DNA of 64,000 nucleotides from Microcoleus sp. (GCA_052279835.1 CP181291.1:800001-864000), one strand, 5' to 3'. Numbered from the stretch's first letter, positions 40,898-51,424 are shown. Program-made: numbers and translations. Notes: generated by a model from the sequence alone, not told the origin.

Positions 40898-42103
40898 TCA
40901 AAATTTCGAGCACTCCCGCGCAATTTCCCAATCTTCCTGGGTGTGAATTACTAAAACTTTCACCGCCGAATCCGCCGTCGCAATATCTGCATCAATGGGC
41001 GACTGTAGATTCTGCTCTTCATCCAATTTTAAACCCATAAATCCAAAAGCTTCGCAAGCAGCAGCCCGCACAATAGGGGAATTTTCCCCAACACCCGCCG
41101 TAAAAATCAAAGCATCCAATCCTCCCAAACTCGCCAACATCGCCCCGATACCGGCACGCAAACGGTGGATGTAAATATCCAATGCTAGTTGAGCTCTCTC
41201 ATTACCTTGGGAAATCGCTTCCACAATCTGTCGCATATCAGCAGACACCCCAGAAATCCCTTTCAAACCAGAATTGCGATTGAGCATATTGTCAAGTTTT
41301 TCCGCAGTTAAATCCGATCGCCTTAACAGATGAATTATAATACCAGGATCGATGGAACCCGATCGACTTCCCATCATCAAACCTTCCAAGGGCGTAAATC
41401 CCATCGTCGTATCCACACTGACGCCACCGCGAATAGCAGCCAGAGAACACCCGTTGCCCAAATGACAGCTAATCAGCCGCAAATCTGCCAAATCACGCCC
41501 CAGAATTTCGGCAGCCCGACGCGCGCAATATTGATGGCTAATCCCGTGAAAACCGTAGCGGCGAATGCCTTTTTCCAGCCATTCGTAGGGGCCTGGATAC
41601 ACAAAGGTGGCGGGTGCTAATCCTGCGTGAAAAGCTGTATCAAAAACTGCTATTTGCCGCACGTTTGGGAGGATTTTTTCGATCGCCTCAATGCCTTCGA
41701 GGTTGACGGGATTGTGTACGGGGGCGAAAACTGCTAAACTGGCGATCGCCTCTTTAACAGCCGGTGAAATTAACGTACTTTGCTGATACTCTTGCCCGCC
41801 GTGTACGACGCGGTGCCCGACAATATCAATCTCGTTTAGATTGTTAATGGTTTGAGTTTTTCCCTTCCACAGAGTCTCCAGCATTCGATAAATAGCAGCT
41901 TGGCGAGATTCTGAGGTAAACTCCTCCTCTAGCTGACTACCTGCTGCTGTTTGGACTTTCAATTCTGATACATTCTGCTGGTGAGTCCAATCAATTTTTG
42001 CTTCCCACAGAGGTTGCAAAGGGCGATCGGATTGCACATCTTTTAACTCATAAAGACAGCTTTTTTGACTGCTAGAACCTGCGTTTAAAACTAATATTTT
42101 CAT
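40898..42103 (-). CDS. ackA: Acetate kinase
   Basis: LNAGSSS, GHRVVHGG, FDTAFH, YGFHG, HLGNG and FTAGVGEN motifs. Confidence 0.97.
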   Translation of the reverse strand: MKILVLNAGSSSQKSCLYELKDVQSDRPLQPLWEAKIDWTHQQNVSELKVQTAAGSQLEEEFTSESRQAAIYRMLETLWKGKTQTINNLNEIDIVGHRVVHGGQEYQQSTLISPAVKEAIASLAVFAPVHNPVNLEGIEAIEKILPNVRQIAVFDTAFHAGLAPATFVYPGPYEWLEKGIRRYGFHGISHQYCARRAAEILGRDLADLRLISCHLGNGCSLAAIRGGVSVDTTMGFTPLEGLMMGSRSGSIDPGIIIHLLRRSDLTAEKLDNMLNRNSGLKGISGVSADMRQIVEAISQGNERAQLALDIYIHRLRAGIGAMLASLGGLDALIFTAGVGENSPIVRAAACEAFGFMGLKLDEEQNLQSPIDADIATADSAVKVLVIHTQEDWEIARECSKF

Positions 42104-42125
42104 ACTTTATTTTGTCCGGTTTAAT

Positions 42126-42261
42126 TGGTTCCTAGGCTCTGCCTGGGAACCTATGCCTAGAGGCTCTGCCTCGCTTCATCAATGCTCAGTAGCCTCGCTG
42201 GTGGAGGAAATGGGAGGCAGAGCCTCCAGATATGTGTTACCAGGCAGAGCCTGGGAACAAG
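42126..42261. repeat. MITE-like element with AGGCTCTGCCT/AGGCAGAGCCT arms
   Basis: Long terminal inverted repeats; half copy at 58103-58149. Confidence 0.8.
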
Positions 42262-42405
42262 TATAACGAGTAGATAACCATACAAAATTTATGAAGAAAA
42301 ATGTCGAAATGTTAACTATTAATGCAATTAGTAGCTAAAAGTTGCGGTGGTTTGATATATCTTCTGATTAGATTTTCATTTACTAAAATTTAAGGAGTCA
42401 AATCG

Positions 42406-42666
42406 ATGTTTACACCAATTTTACTTGCTGTTGCCCCCAGAACCGTAGAATGGAGCCCTACTATTGCTTTGATCATGATTGCTTGTAATATTCTAGCGAT
42501 CGCGATCGGCAAATCAACGATCCAAAATCCGAGTACAGGCCCAGCAATGCCCTCATCGAGTATGTTTGGTGGTTTGAGTTTGGGTGCTGTGTTGGGAACT
42601 ACTGCATTTGGTCATATTTTGGGAGCAGGTACTATTTTAGGATTGTCTTATATCGGTGCTATTTAG
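42406..42666 (+). CDS. psaK: Photosystem I subunit PsaK
   Basis: W.P...IMIACNILAIAIGK...TTAFGHILGAGTILGL; AAGGAG RBS. Confidence 0.95.
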   Translation: MFTPILLAVAPRTVEWSPTIALIMIACNILAIAIGKSTIQNPSTGPAMPSSSMFGGLSLGAVLGTTAFGHILGAGTILGLSYIGAI

Positions 42667-42702
42667 AATCTAGGATGATTGTGGCGCAGCTTACCGACAA
42701 TT

Positions 42703-43341
42703 TCAAGTACCGGGTAAGTTGCGCAGAGTTTCATCCATGTACGATCGATCGCCCAAAACCTCCAGCATCGGCCCGCGCACATCAAACTTGACAATACTAA
42801 CAGAAGCTGCTAGAGCAGCAATGCGATTGCGGTAACTTCCCAGATCGATTCCCAACAAACTGCACAGAATAATCCGAATAGTCGCCTTGTGCGAAACTAC
42901 CAAAACATTACCATCTTTGTACTTTTCCTGAATTTCTGCGATAATTAAGGACGATCTGCTAGCAATTTGCACAGAAGTTTCGCCATCAGTCGGCGCATTC
43001 CAAGCCGGTTCTGTCAACCAATTAATGTACTCTTGGGCATATTTTTCGCGGACAAATTCAACTGTTTGACCCTCCCACTTGCCGTACTTAATTTCCCTCA
43101 AGCCGTCGCGCAGTTGCATTTGAATTCCCAGAGTATCACACAAAGGTTTTGCAGTTGCGATCGTCCGTTTCATCGGACTGACATAAACAGCATTCCAAGG
43201 CAATTTTGCGTAAGTTGCAGCAAACTGTTCTGCCATGAGAGCACCTTCCGGTGTCAATTCTGCGTCGAGGTCGCCGCAGAAACCGCCTGTTTTGCTGTAA
43301 ACTGTTTCACCGTGGCGTAGAAAGTAGATTTTTAGGCTCAT
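42703..43341 (-). CDS. Histidine phosphatase (phosphoglycerate mutase-like) family protein
   Basis: LRHGET, SP.KR, LRE..YG.WEG and VSH motifs. Confidence 0.92.
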   Translation of the reverse strand: MSLKIYFLRHGETVYSKTGGFCGDLDAELTPEGALMAEQFAATYAKLPWNAVYVSPMKRTIATAKPLCDTLGIQMQLRDGLREIKYGKWEGQTVEFVREKYAQEYINWLTEPAWNAPTDGETSVQIASRSSLIIAEIQEKYKDGNVLVVSHKATIRIILCSLLGIDLGSYRNRIAALAASVSIVKFDVRGPMLEVLGDRSYMDETLRNLPGT

Positions 43342-43371
43342 ATCGATATCTTACTTGATTGGTGAAGAGGA

Positions 43372-43438
43372 TTTTTTTAACCACAGAGGGCGCAGAGGGC
43401 ACAGAGGAAGAGAAGAGAGAGATGAGTAATATTGATAC
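43372..43438. repeat. Left inverted repeat of the ATPase/DUF3226-like cassette
   Basis: TTTTTTTAACCACAGAGGGCGCAGAGGGCACAGAG...GAGAGAGATGAGTAATATTGAT; matches the reverse complement of 45403-45469. Confidence 0.75.
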
Positions 43439-43470
43439 CTACGGATTTAAGATAAGAGTATCCCGTTTTT

Positions 43471-43543
43471 GTAGGGCCGAAGCATTCGCGCTGAAAATCT
43501 ATCGTATAGTCGATAGGATACAGGCGCGAATGCTTCGCCCTTG
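43471..43543. repeat. GTAGGG.CGAAGCATTC...GAATGCTTCGCCC palindrome
   Basis: Inverted arms; relatives at 57941-58017 and 63159-63230. Confidence 0.8.
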
Positions 43544-43605
43544 CGGATATGTTTGCACAATCTGGATACTCCCTTTGCTATTGATTGTATGTGAATTTTC
43601 TCATA

Positions 43606-44292
43606 TTAACAAAAAAGCCTAAAAAAATCCTTCAAATCATCGAGAGCAGGATTATCCCAATCCCAAATATCTTTTTTGTGTTCCATAACATAATCGAACC
43701 CTGACATACTGCATTTCCTTCCAGCTTGTTTCTGTTCCTGATTTGAGCAAGTATCATACCTGAGATAGATGCTGACCCAAAATTTATCAAAATCTTTCTG
43801 GTTGATTTCCTTTCCCTGACTTTCTATGCAACTTTGCCAACTCTTCAAACAATCAGCATAAGGCGATTCTGTTGCCTTTATTTCCTTTAAAAGGGTTTCC
43901 AGTTCCCCTCTACCTCCCACATTTGTAAAGTAACAAGCCAATTTTGCCTTGGTTCCATTATCTCCACAAATATCGATAAATTGTTTAGTGCGTAACAAAG
44001 TTTCAGATTCAAACACTTGTTTTATACATCTGTCTACGAATTGCAGCCGTTCTTGCTCTGAATTGTTATCAATATCTATAATAATCCCTATTTTTTCTAT
44101 ATCTCTTTTTTGCAGGTCTGCTTCTAAAGCTTTTAAAGTAGTTGTTAACTTTGTTTCGCTCAAGCCTTCCAAACTTTCATAATCATCTATATAAATAGGT
44201 GGTTCTACCTGGAGATCGCAGTTTAGTTTCTCAACCATTGCCTGCATGAAAATTCTATCATTTTTACTTTCTACTATGACAATATTACTCAC
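43606..44292 (-). CDS. DUF3226-like protein with TOPRIM-like motifs
   Basis: IVIVESKND, IIIDID and GELETLL motifs; overlaps the ATPase stop. Confidence 0.75.
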   Translation of the reverse strand: MSNIVIVESKNDRIFMQAMVEKLNCDLQVEPPIYIDDYESLEGLSETKLTTTLKALEADLQKRDIEKIGIIIDIDNNSEQERLQFVDRCIKQVFESETLLRTKQFIDICGDNGTKAKLACYFTNVGGRGELETLLKEIKATESPYADCLKSWQSCIESQGKEINQKDFDKFWVSIYLRYDTCSNQEQKQAGRKCSMSGFDYVMEHKKDIWDWDNPALDDLKDFFRLFC

Positions 44293-45289
44293 CTCTCACT
44301 CCTTTTTGATGCTCTAGCGCGTAATTCAATGTTTCTAAATCGCGTCTGATACCGATAATTTGATTTGTTTTCGGTTTCTTTGCTAGTTCAAAATAGGCGC
44401 TGCTGCATTCCTGATTGGGTTCCAAACCAACATCAGCAAATGCTTGCAGCATCTCTAAACTGTGAGTTGTGGCAAAAATCTGGGTATCCAGTTCCACTGC
44501 TAATCGAAATAAGAATCTCCAAAAATTCCGCTGGTTTGTATAGTGAATGCCATTTTCTATTTCATCTATTAGCAAGATTTTGTGTTCGCTGTTTACCAGC
44601 TTAAGAATAATGTCTGCAACTCGGTTCATGGCATCTCCAAACAATGAGAGAGGTAAACGCTTTTCGCCTTTTCTTCTTAAGTACAGCGTGGGTTCGCCAA
44701 TTGAAAAACTTTCTACTGATTCTATCGCCGGATCGATAATTTGAAAAGCTTTCAAAACTTCACTATCTTTGTCATCCAAACGAGCGCGATCGTATGCTGC
44801 TGTGAGTTCTATTCCAGAAATCCTGGTAAACGATGGAATGATTGGTACTTTGCCAGTAGTAGAAGTATCATAACTCATTAAATGTGTCGCAGGAACCTTT
44901 TTTGATGACAAGGCAGAGCGATTTTCGTTCCTCATAAACTCAATAACTATACTAGATTTAACTGAATTAATTTCTAATTTAATTTCTACTCGATCCGTGT
45001 TGTTGTAGTCTTTTCCAATAATTACTATAGATGTATCTTTTTTGAGTGCGTAAAATAAGTTATCCCAGGCTCTATCTGGCATAGCTTGTATGGCTTTTGA
45101 TGACTCTCTTCTTAATTCTCTTAGGATTGCGAGACTGCTAACGTCTGGAGCAACATTGAGAAAAAGTGCTTCTAGCAAGGCTGTTTTGCCGGCATTGTTT
45201 TTACCGCCGATTAAATTGACTCTTTCAAACCCAGAAATTTTGATTTGCTCAAAGCACCTAAAATTTATGATTTCTATTTCTTTAAGCAT
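44285..45289 (-). CDS. ABC-type ATPase (AAA_15/AAA_21-like)
   Basis: NFRCF, GKNNAGKT, LFGDAM signature, LLIDEIENGIH and ATTHS motifs. Confidence 0.9.
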   Translation of the reverse strand: MLKEIEIINFRCFEQIKISGFERVNLIGGKNNAGKTALLEALFLNVAPDVSSLAILRELRRESSKAIQAMPDRAWDNLFYALKKDTSIVIIGKDYNNTDRVEIKLEINSVKSSIVIEFMRNENRSALSSKKVPATHLMSYDTSTTGKVPIIPSFTRISGIELTAAYDRARLDDKDSEVLKAFQIIDPAIESVESFSIGEPTLYLRRKGEKRLPLSLFGDAMNRVADIILKLVNSEHKILLIDEIENGIHYTNQRNFWRFLFRLAVELDTQIFATTHSLEMLQAFADVGLEPNQECSSAYFELAKKPKTNQIIGIRRDLETLNYALEHQKGVRGE

Positions 45290-45402
45290 TACCGATCCTT
45301 TTGAATGTACAAATCCTAAACCACCGTTGATTTATGCTAAGATGACTTTGATATTGGTGATTTTAATTATACACTACTCGATCGCGCGTCAGCCTCATTT
45401 TA

Positions 45403-45469
45403 GCATCAAAATTATTCATCTCTCTCTTATATTTCTCTGTGTTCTCTGCGTTCTCTGCGGTTAAAAAAA
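45403..45469. repeat. Right inverted repeat of the ATPase/DUF3226-like cassette
   Basis: TCATCTCTCTC...CTCTGTGTTCTCTGCGTTCTCTGCGGTTAAAAAAA. Confidence 0.75.
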
Positions 45470-45535
45470 GAGAATTTCTTAACCGCAGATGACAATAGAT
45501 TAACGCAGATTCACGCAGATAAAGAGAAGCCGCGT

Positions 45536-48013
45536 TTACCCAGGAGCACCCGATCGCACTGTTTGATCTGCTGTCGCCGTCGGATCTTTCGTTTCCTTGG
45601 GCGTTTCCGACTCAACCGCACCCCCGTGCGGCCACTTCCAATCGCGGATTTCCGGCATATCGTCGCCGTGTTTGGTAATGTATTGCTTATGGTCGATCAG
45701 CTTGTCGCGCAGCGCCTGTTTGACATAAGCCGCGCCATAACCGAGTTTCGGCACGCGATCGATCGCATCTCCAACCAAATGGAAGCGATCGAGATCGTTC
45801 ATCACCACCATATCAAAGGGCGTCGTAGTCGTTCCCTCTTCCTTATAACCCCGAACGTGAATATTCGGGTGATTTTTGCGGCGATAAGTCAACCGGTGAA
45901 TCAGCCAAGGATAGCCGTGAAAAGCAAAAATCACCGGCTTATCTGTCGTGAAGATAGCATCAAAATCCTTGTCAGACAAACCGTGAGGATGTTCTGTCGA
46001 AGGCTGAAGCGTCATCAAATCCACCACATTCACCACCCGCACCTTTAACTCTGGGAAATATTGGCGCAAAAGGTCAACAGCCGCCAAAGTTTCCAGCGTC
46101 GGAACATCTCCCGCACAAGCCATCACCACATCGGGTTCGCCACCTTTGTCATTGCTAGCCCACTCCCAAATGCCAATACCCGCAGTGCAGTGTTTGATCG
46201 CAGCATCCATGTCCAGATATTGCAAAGCCGGCTGCTTTCCAGCAATAATTACGTTCACGTAGTGGCGGCTGCGCAGACAGTGGTCAGTTACTGATAGCAA
46301 AGTGTTCGCATCCGGTGGCAAATAAATGCGTACAACCTCTGCTTTTTTGTTAATTACATGGTCGATAAAACCAGGGTCTTGGTGAGAAAAACCGTTGTGG
46401 TCTTGCCGCCAAACGTGAGAAGTTAAGAGGTAGTTGAGAGAGGCGATCGGGCGGCGCCAAGGAATATCGCGAGTAGTTTTCAACCATTTAGCGTGTTGGT
46501 TGAACATCGAATCAATGATATGAATAAATGCTTCGTAGCAGGAGAAAAAGCCGTGCCTTCCTGTTAGCAAATAGCCTTCCAGCCATCCTTGACACAGATG
46601 TTCGCTGAGCACTTCCATCACCCGCCCGTCGGGAGACAAGTGCTCGTCATCCTCCGGTAAAACACTACCCATCCACTCCCGGCCAGTCACTTCAAACACC
46701 GGATCGAGGCGGTTGGAGGCCGTCTCGTCTGGTCCGACAATGCGGAAATTTTGGTTCTCCTGATTGAGTTTCATCACATCGCGCAGGAAACGACCGCAAA
46801 CGCGGGTTGCTTCTGCGATTCCAGTCCCCGGTTTTGGCACGTCTACGGCGTAGTCTGCAAATTCTGGCATTTTCAAATCTTTTAGCAAGATACCGCCGTT
46901 AGCGTGGGGATTTGCCCCCATGCGTCGATCGCCCTTGGGCGCTAATTCCGCCAATTCAGCAATCAATTTACCGTTTTCATCGAAAAGTTCTTCCGGCTTG
47001 TAACTCTTCATCCAATCTTCCAGGAGTTGGACGTGCTCAGGCTTGGAAGCCATTTCGGATAATGGAACTTGGTGCGATCGCCACGAACCCTCTGTTTTCT
47101 TACCGTCAACCTCCTTTGGCCCAGTCCAGCCTTTGGGAGTTTTCATCACAATCATCGGCCACTGAGGGCGATCGGCATAGCCCTCATTCCGGGCTTTCTC
47201 CTGAATCGCCTTAATTTCGCCAATGACAGTATCCATCGTTGCAGCCATCAACTGGTGCATCGTTTCCGGGTCCGATCCTTCCACCCAATAAGGTTTGTAG
47301 CCGTAACCAACCATCAAACTTTCCAACTCCTCGCGGGGAATGCGGGCCAACAGCGTCGGATTGGCAATTTTGTAGCCATTCAGGTGCAAAATCGGCAACA
47401 CGGCCCCATCCCGAACCGGGTTTAGAAACTTGTTAGAATGCCAGCTAGCAGCCAGCGGGCCGGTTTCTGCTTCTCCGTCGCCGACAACTGCGGCCACAAT
47501 CAAATCGGGATTATCCAATACCGCCCCATAAGCGTGGACGAGGGCGTAGCCTAGTTCACCGCCTTCATGAATCGAGCCCGGAGTTTCCGGCGCGACGTGG
47601 CTGGGAATACCGCCGGGGAAGGAAAACTGTTTGAACAGTCGTTTCATCCCCTCAGCATCTTGGGAAATATTCGGATAATACTCGGTATAAGTTCCTTCCA
47701 AGTAAGTGTTGGCCACCAAGCCCGGTCCGCCGTGGCCTGGGCCTGCGATGTAGATCGCGTTTAAGTCTTGCGCTTTGATGAGGCGGTTGAGGTGAACGTA
47801 GATGAAGTTGAGACCTGGAGTGGTCCCCCAGTGTCCGAGGAGTCTGGGTTTGACGTGTTCGAGTTTGAGGGGTTCTTTGAGTAGGGGGTTGTCGAGGAGA
47901 TAGATTTGTCCGACGGAAAGGTAGTTTGCCGATCGCCAGTAAGCGTTCATTTTGTGCAATTCTGAGTCGGAAAGCGGTTTTAGTTGGGGGATTTGGGTCG
48001 TTCCTAGCATCAT
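45536..48013 (-). CDS. xfp: Xylulose-5-phosphate/fructose-6-phosphate phosphoketolase
   Basis: [29 protein letters not shown] and [12 protein letters not shown] motifs; start at MM 48013/48010, since the longer ORF reads through a repeat. Confidence 0.96.
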   Translation of the reverse strand: MMLGTTQIPQLKPLSDSELHKMNAYWRSANYLSVGQIYLLDNPLLKEPLKLEHVKPRLLGHWGTTPGLNFIYVHLNRLIKAQDLNAIYIAGPGHGGPGLVANTYLEGTYTEYYPNISQDAEGMKRLFKQFSFPGGIPSHVAPETPGSIHEGGELGYALVHAYGAVLDNPDLIVAAVVGDGEAETGPLAASWHSNKFLNPVRDGAVLPILHLNGYKIANPTLLARIPREELESLMVGYGYKPYWVEGSDPETMHQLMAATMDTVIGEIKAIQEKARNEGYADRPQWPMIVMKTPKGWTGPKEVDGKKTEGSWRSHQVPLSEMASKPEHVQLLEDWMKSYKPEELFDENGKLIAELAELAPKGDRRMGANPHANGGILLKDLKMPEFADYAVDVPKPGTGIAEATRVCGRFLRDVMKLNQENQNFRIVGPDETASNRLDPVFEVTGREWMGSVLPEDDEHLSPDGRVMEVLSEHLCQGWLEGYLLTGRHGFFSCYEAFIHIIDSMFNQHAKWLKTTRDIPWRRPIASLNYLLTSHVWRQDHNGFSHQDPGFIDHVINKKAEVVRIYLPPDANTLLSVTDHCLRSRHYVNVIIAGKQPALQYLDMDAAIKHCTAGIGIWEWASNDKGGEPDVVMACAGDVPTLETLAAVDLLRQYFPELKVRVVNVVDLMTLQPSTEHPHGLSDKDFDAIFTTDKPVIFAFHGYPWLIHRLTYRRKNHPNIHVRGYKEEGTTTTPFDMVVMNDLDRFHLVGDAIDRVPKLGYGAAYVKQALRDKLIDHKQYITKHGDDMPEIRDWKWPHGGAVESETPKETKDPTATADQTVRSGAPG

Positions 48014-48085
48014 ATGCGATTCAATCCTGTGTTTTGGTTGTTTGTTTGGTAAATTCTGTTTTGAAATTAGGAATTCTGGGAGTTC

Positions 48086-48151
48086 AGAAACCTGGTTTTT
48101 TGCCGAATCTGCGGGCTTCAACAAAGTATTTTCGTAAAAAACCCGGTTTCT
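48086..48151. repeat. AGAAACC.GGTTTTTT...AAAAAACCCGGTTTCT element
   Basis: Inverted arms; interior similar to 24601-24667. Confidence 0.8.
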
Positions 48152-48431
48152 TTGTCGGAGTGCGTAATCTATGTTTACTCCATATTTCACAAGCAAACAA
48201 TTGAATTGTATACCAGTCGAGCGCAATCAAAGTTTAAATTAACGTTAATTTTCTGGGAACAATCTGGCAATTTTGACCGAGGAAAGGTGGCAGGTTGCGG
48301 GGGTGAAAGCCTGCGGGAATAAAGAAGATAGATCTCTAGGTATAGGCAATAATGAGTTATATTCGATCAGCAGATTTTTAATGCCGGAGCTATAATGGAA
48401 AAGTTAAACATTAAATCTGAAGGGGGCCTTA

Positions 48432-48647
48432 ATGCTACCTGTTAAGAAAAAACTTGTCACCGATGAAGCAATGCGTCCAGTTGCAGTGCTGATTGATTAT
48501 GAGGACTGGCAGAAAATTGAGCAATTGTTAGAGACTCTGATAGTTCAACAGACTGAAAAAAGTAATTTAGCAAAGTATGCGGGTGTCATTAAACTAACTC
48601 AAGACCCGTTAGAGTATCAGAAAACAATTAGGGAGGAGTGGGATTGA
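48432..48647 (+). CDS. Putative antitoxin (VapB-position small protein)
   Basis: 71 aa ending DPLEYQKTIREEWD; stop overlaps the PIN gene start. Confidence 0.75.
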   Translation: MLPVKKKLVTDEAMRPVAVLIDYEDWQKIEQLLETLIVQQTEKSNLAKYAGVIKLTQDPLEYQKTIREEWD

Positions 48648-49012
48648 GTCAAGCTTTAATTGTGTTAGATACCAATGTAGCTTTGTACTACTTGGGCGGT
48701 CGTTTAATAAATCCATTACCAGCAGGACAATATTTTGTTTCTGTGATAACTGAGATAGAGTTATTATCTTATCCTAGTCTCAGTTCCGCTCAAGAGGTGC
48801 TGATTCGTGATTTCTTGACTAATGTTACAGTGGTTGGGCTGGATAGTAATATCAAGGATTTGGCGATCGTATTGCGGAAAACTTACAGGCTCAAACTTCC
48901 CGATGCCGTAGTTGCAGCAACAGCAAAGTTTCTCAATGCAATGCTGTTGACGAATGATATCAAACTGACTAATTTAACAGAGATTAATACTGAGTCAGTG
49001 CAAATCTTGTAA
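48644..49012 (+). CDS. VapC/PIN-domain toxin
   Basis: VLDTN, ITEIELL, KLPDAVVAATA and LTND motifs; TTG start after GGAGG. Confidence 0.9.
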   Translation: MSQALIVLDTNVALYYLGGRLINPLPAGQYFVSVITEIELLSYPSLSSAQEVLIRDFLTNVTVVGLDSNIKDLAIVLRKTYRLKLPDAVVAATAKFLNAMLLTNDIKLTNLTEINTESVQIL

Positions 49013-49014
49013 AA

Positions 49015-49064
49015 AAGAGCGATCGCATTTTCATCGAGATACTGAAAAAAGTGCGATCGCTCTT
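49015..49064. terminator. Hairpin whose arms contain HIP1 sites
   Basis: AAGAGCGATCGCA...TGCGATCGCTCTT directly after the toxin stop. Confidence 0.5.
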
Positions 49065-49183
49065 CAATTTTCTTTCCACCAACAGCTAGAAAGTCCGACT
49101 GACTCTCTTTAACCATTCATTGCCATTGGGTGTTTTTCCCGCAACACCGAATTCATCTGTTATGGGAGTAGTATCAGTCATGA

Positions 49184-49483
49184 GAGCAGGTCATTGAGCA
49201 GCTAGAGATCAACTACAACATCACCATGAGCCAGCAGACGCTCTCTACTATCGAAAACGGCAAGCGCAAAGTAGACGCCGAGAGGGAGTTACCCGCCTTC
49301 GCCGCCGTGTACGAAAAACCGATCGATTATTTCTATGAAACTCTGCAATTGCCCGCCGCACCCCCAGCCGCATCCGCACCCAAGCGCCGCTCAGCAGTCA
49401 CCGTTGACATGGATGCTCTGACTCACCGCGATAAGCTAGAGCTAGCAGCAGAATTAATTCACAACGTTTTGCAAGAAACCTAA
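49184..49483 (+). pseudogene. 5'-truncated XRE-family HTH regulator
   Basis: Frame reads EQVIEQLEINYNITMSQQTLSTIENGKRKVD after an in-frame TGA at 49181; first helix and start codon missing. Confidence 0.6.
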
Positions 49484-49545
49484 CTAATAGGGCGATCGCC
49501 TTACAATATCAAATAGCTACACAATTCATAAATTCCAAAATTTAT

Positions 49546-49905
49546 ATGACAATCAAAGAACTAGAAACACAACTATTGGCTTTAACGCCGATCGACAAAG
49601 CTGAAGCCATCAGCATCTTAACCCAGAGTCTGAAAAACAGCGGTCGCCCAATTACAAAAACTCCCGGGGTGATGGGCGGCGACGCTTGTATTGACAACAC
49701 TCGCATTCCCGTTTGGTTGCTCGCCAGCTATCGGAATGACGGCGCTACCGATGCTTTTATCCTAGATTGCTATCCCCATCTCAGTGCTGCTGATTTAGTA
49801 AATGTTTGGGCTTATACTGAAGCTTATGCAGACGAAATTGAGGAAGCAATTCGATTGCAAGATGAGGCTGACGAATTATTAGATACACCTGAAAATATCC
49901 AATAA
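49546..49905 (+). CDS. DUF433-domain protein (putative antitoxin)
   Basis: ITKTPGVMGGDACI..TRIPVW...YPHLS motif. Confidence 0.9.
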   Translation: MTIKELETQLLALTPIDKAEAISILTQSLKNSGRPITKTPGVMGGDACIDNTRIPVWLLASYRNDGATDAFILDCYPHLSAADLVNVWAYTEAYADEIEEAIRLQDEADELLDTPENIQ

Positions 49906-49909
49906 ACCT

Positions 49910-50257
49910 ATGGTGCGTCTCTACGCAGACGAACAATTTCCCCGGCAAGTCGTGCAAAATCTGCGGTATGAGGGGCATGATATCCTGACTGTTCAAGAAG
50001 CAGGAAATACTGGACTACCTGATGAGGATGTATTGGCATTTGCTATTAGCGAAAATCGGGCTGTTTTGACCGTCAACCGGCGCGATTTCTTTCAACTGCA
50101 CAAGCTGCAACCCAACCACTTTGGTATTATTGCCTGCACGCGAGATGACGATATTGCTCGACTGACTGCTAATATTAATGATGCGATATCTATTGCTGAG
50201 ACATTGACGGGAAAAGTGATTCGAGTCTATCGTTCTGGGCCGCCATCTATATCTTAA
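49910..50257 (+). CDS. DUF5615 family PIN-like protein (putative toxin)
   Basis: LYADE, GHDILTV, DEDVL.FA...RAVLT.N.RDF and H.GII motifs. Confidence 0.88.
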   Translation: MVRLYADEQFPRQVVQNLRYEGHDILTVQEAGNTGLPDEDVLAFAISENRAVLTVNRRDFFQLHKLQPNHFGIIACTRDDDIARLTANINDAISIAETLTGKVIRVYRSGPPSIS

Positions 50258-50309
50258 TTTAGCGAGTAAGGTGCATCAGCTATTGAAGCCCTGAATAACT
50301 CGCTAAATT
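50256..50309. terminator. Inverted repeat between convergent genes
   Basis: AATTTAGCGAGT...ACTCGCTAAATT. Confidence 0.5.
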
Positions 50310-50310
50310 C

Positions 50311-51174
50311 TTATCTTTCCGACTGCTGCGCCTCCAGCCAAGCCTCCAAATCTGGCATAGTAGCAAAATCCAACAGGGCCTCACTCAAATCTTCGAGCAC
50401 TAGCAAGGGCAGATTAGCAAGGCGCACGCGCATTTCCTCAGAAATTTCTTGCCGTAACCGACGGGTTAATTGTCGGACAATCAGGGCACAGGCTTCTGCC
50501 TGCCGTCCTTCCTGCCGTCCTTCCGCCTTAGCTTCTTGATAGAATCTCGTTTCCTGCAATGTAATTCCCAACATCGATTCCACCTCGGCTCGACTCAACG
50601 ATGTAAATTTGTACGACAAAATAGTAGCTAATAGGTCTATTATGTCACGACCTGCTGCTGGTGGAACTTCTTGCTGCACTCGGCTCAGCAAATACCTTGC
50701 TTCTGCTGGTGCTTGAGTCTCCCCGACAGTCGTCAACACCATCAGCGCAATTCCCAAAGGCAAAGCGCGAATATCCCCCAACTCATCCAAGCATACCCGA
50801 TGCACTTGATTGCTGTTGAGCAAAGCTCGATAAGGATAAACATCGCTTTGTTCGACACTGCGTGATGGATAAATCACTACAGCTTGCCAATCGCTGTAAC
50901 GACTGCGATTGCGGTAAAAGTATAAAAACGATTCGCCAAACAATCGTTCGTAAAGCTGTTCGTCTTTCTGAAACTGAACTTCACAAAAATAGACAATGCC
51001 CGGTTCCTCAGATTCTGGGGGCAAAAATACGCCGTCAATTTCAAATTTAGGTTCTTTGACTGCCACCGAGTCAAAGCGATAATTGGCAGCATTTGCTGGA
51101 GTTGTCGCTAGTAGATCGAACAGTAAGGTGGGCGCTTGTCCGAACAGTTTATAGAATATTGAATCCCGCCGCAT
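50311..51174 (-). CDS. Rpn-family (DUF2887-like PD-(D/E)XK) protein with DUF4351-like C-terminus
   Basis: DSIFYKLF, IDGVF and EVQFQKD motifs; TRFYQEAK.EG repeats; LEDLSEALLDF...DL..WL. Confidence 0.85.
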   Translation of the reverse strand: MRRDSIFYKLFGQAPTLLFDLLATTPANAANYRFDSVAVKEPKFEIDGVFLPPESEEPGIVYFCEVQFQKDEQLYERLFGESFLYFYRNRSRYSDWQAVVIYPSRSVEQSDVYPYRALLNSNQVHRVCLDELGDIRALPLGIALMVLTTVGETQAPAEARYLLSRVQQEVPPAAGRDIIDLLATILSYKFTSLSRAEVESMLGITLQETRFYQEAKAEGRQEGRQAEACALIVRQLTRRLRQEISEEMRVRLANLPLLVLEDLSEALLDFATMPDLEAWLEAQQSER

Positions 51175-51360
51175 GAAAGATTTGCAAAGAAAGAGAGACA
51201 AATTAATATTACTGCATAATGGTTTGTCAAAAATATGCGATCGCCCTCTATCGAAATCTCGAAATATGCGTTAGCGAAGCCCTCGAAGAGGATCGCCCTT
51301 AATTCAAATTTTATTAAAAGTGCGGCAAAAACACTATCGAAATCCCCTCGCACACCCTCA

Positions 51361-51424
51361 AGTCCGCCGGGGGTTGAAAACCCCCGTCTCATAGCGAAAG
51401 TCCTCTGAAAGAGGACTGAAAAGA
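51361..51424. repeat. Double-hairpin REP-like arm
   Basis: AGTCCGCCGGGGGTTGAAAACCCCCGTCTCATAGCGAAAGTCCTCTGAAAGAGGACT; inverted match at 53161-53221. Confidence 0.85.

Noticed and set aside
48014..48226. 71-aa N-terminal extension of phosphoketolase in the ORF track
   Set aside because: Reads through a palindromic repeat; family similarity starts near 48013
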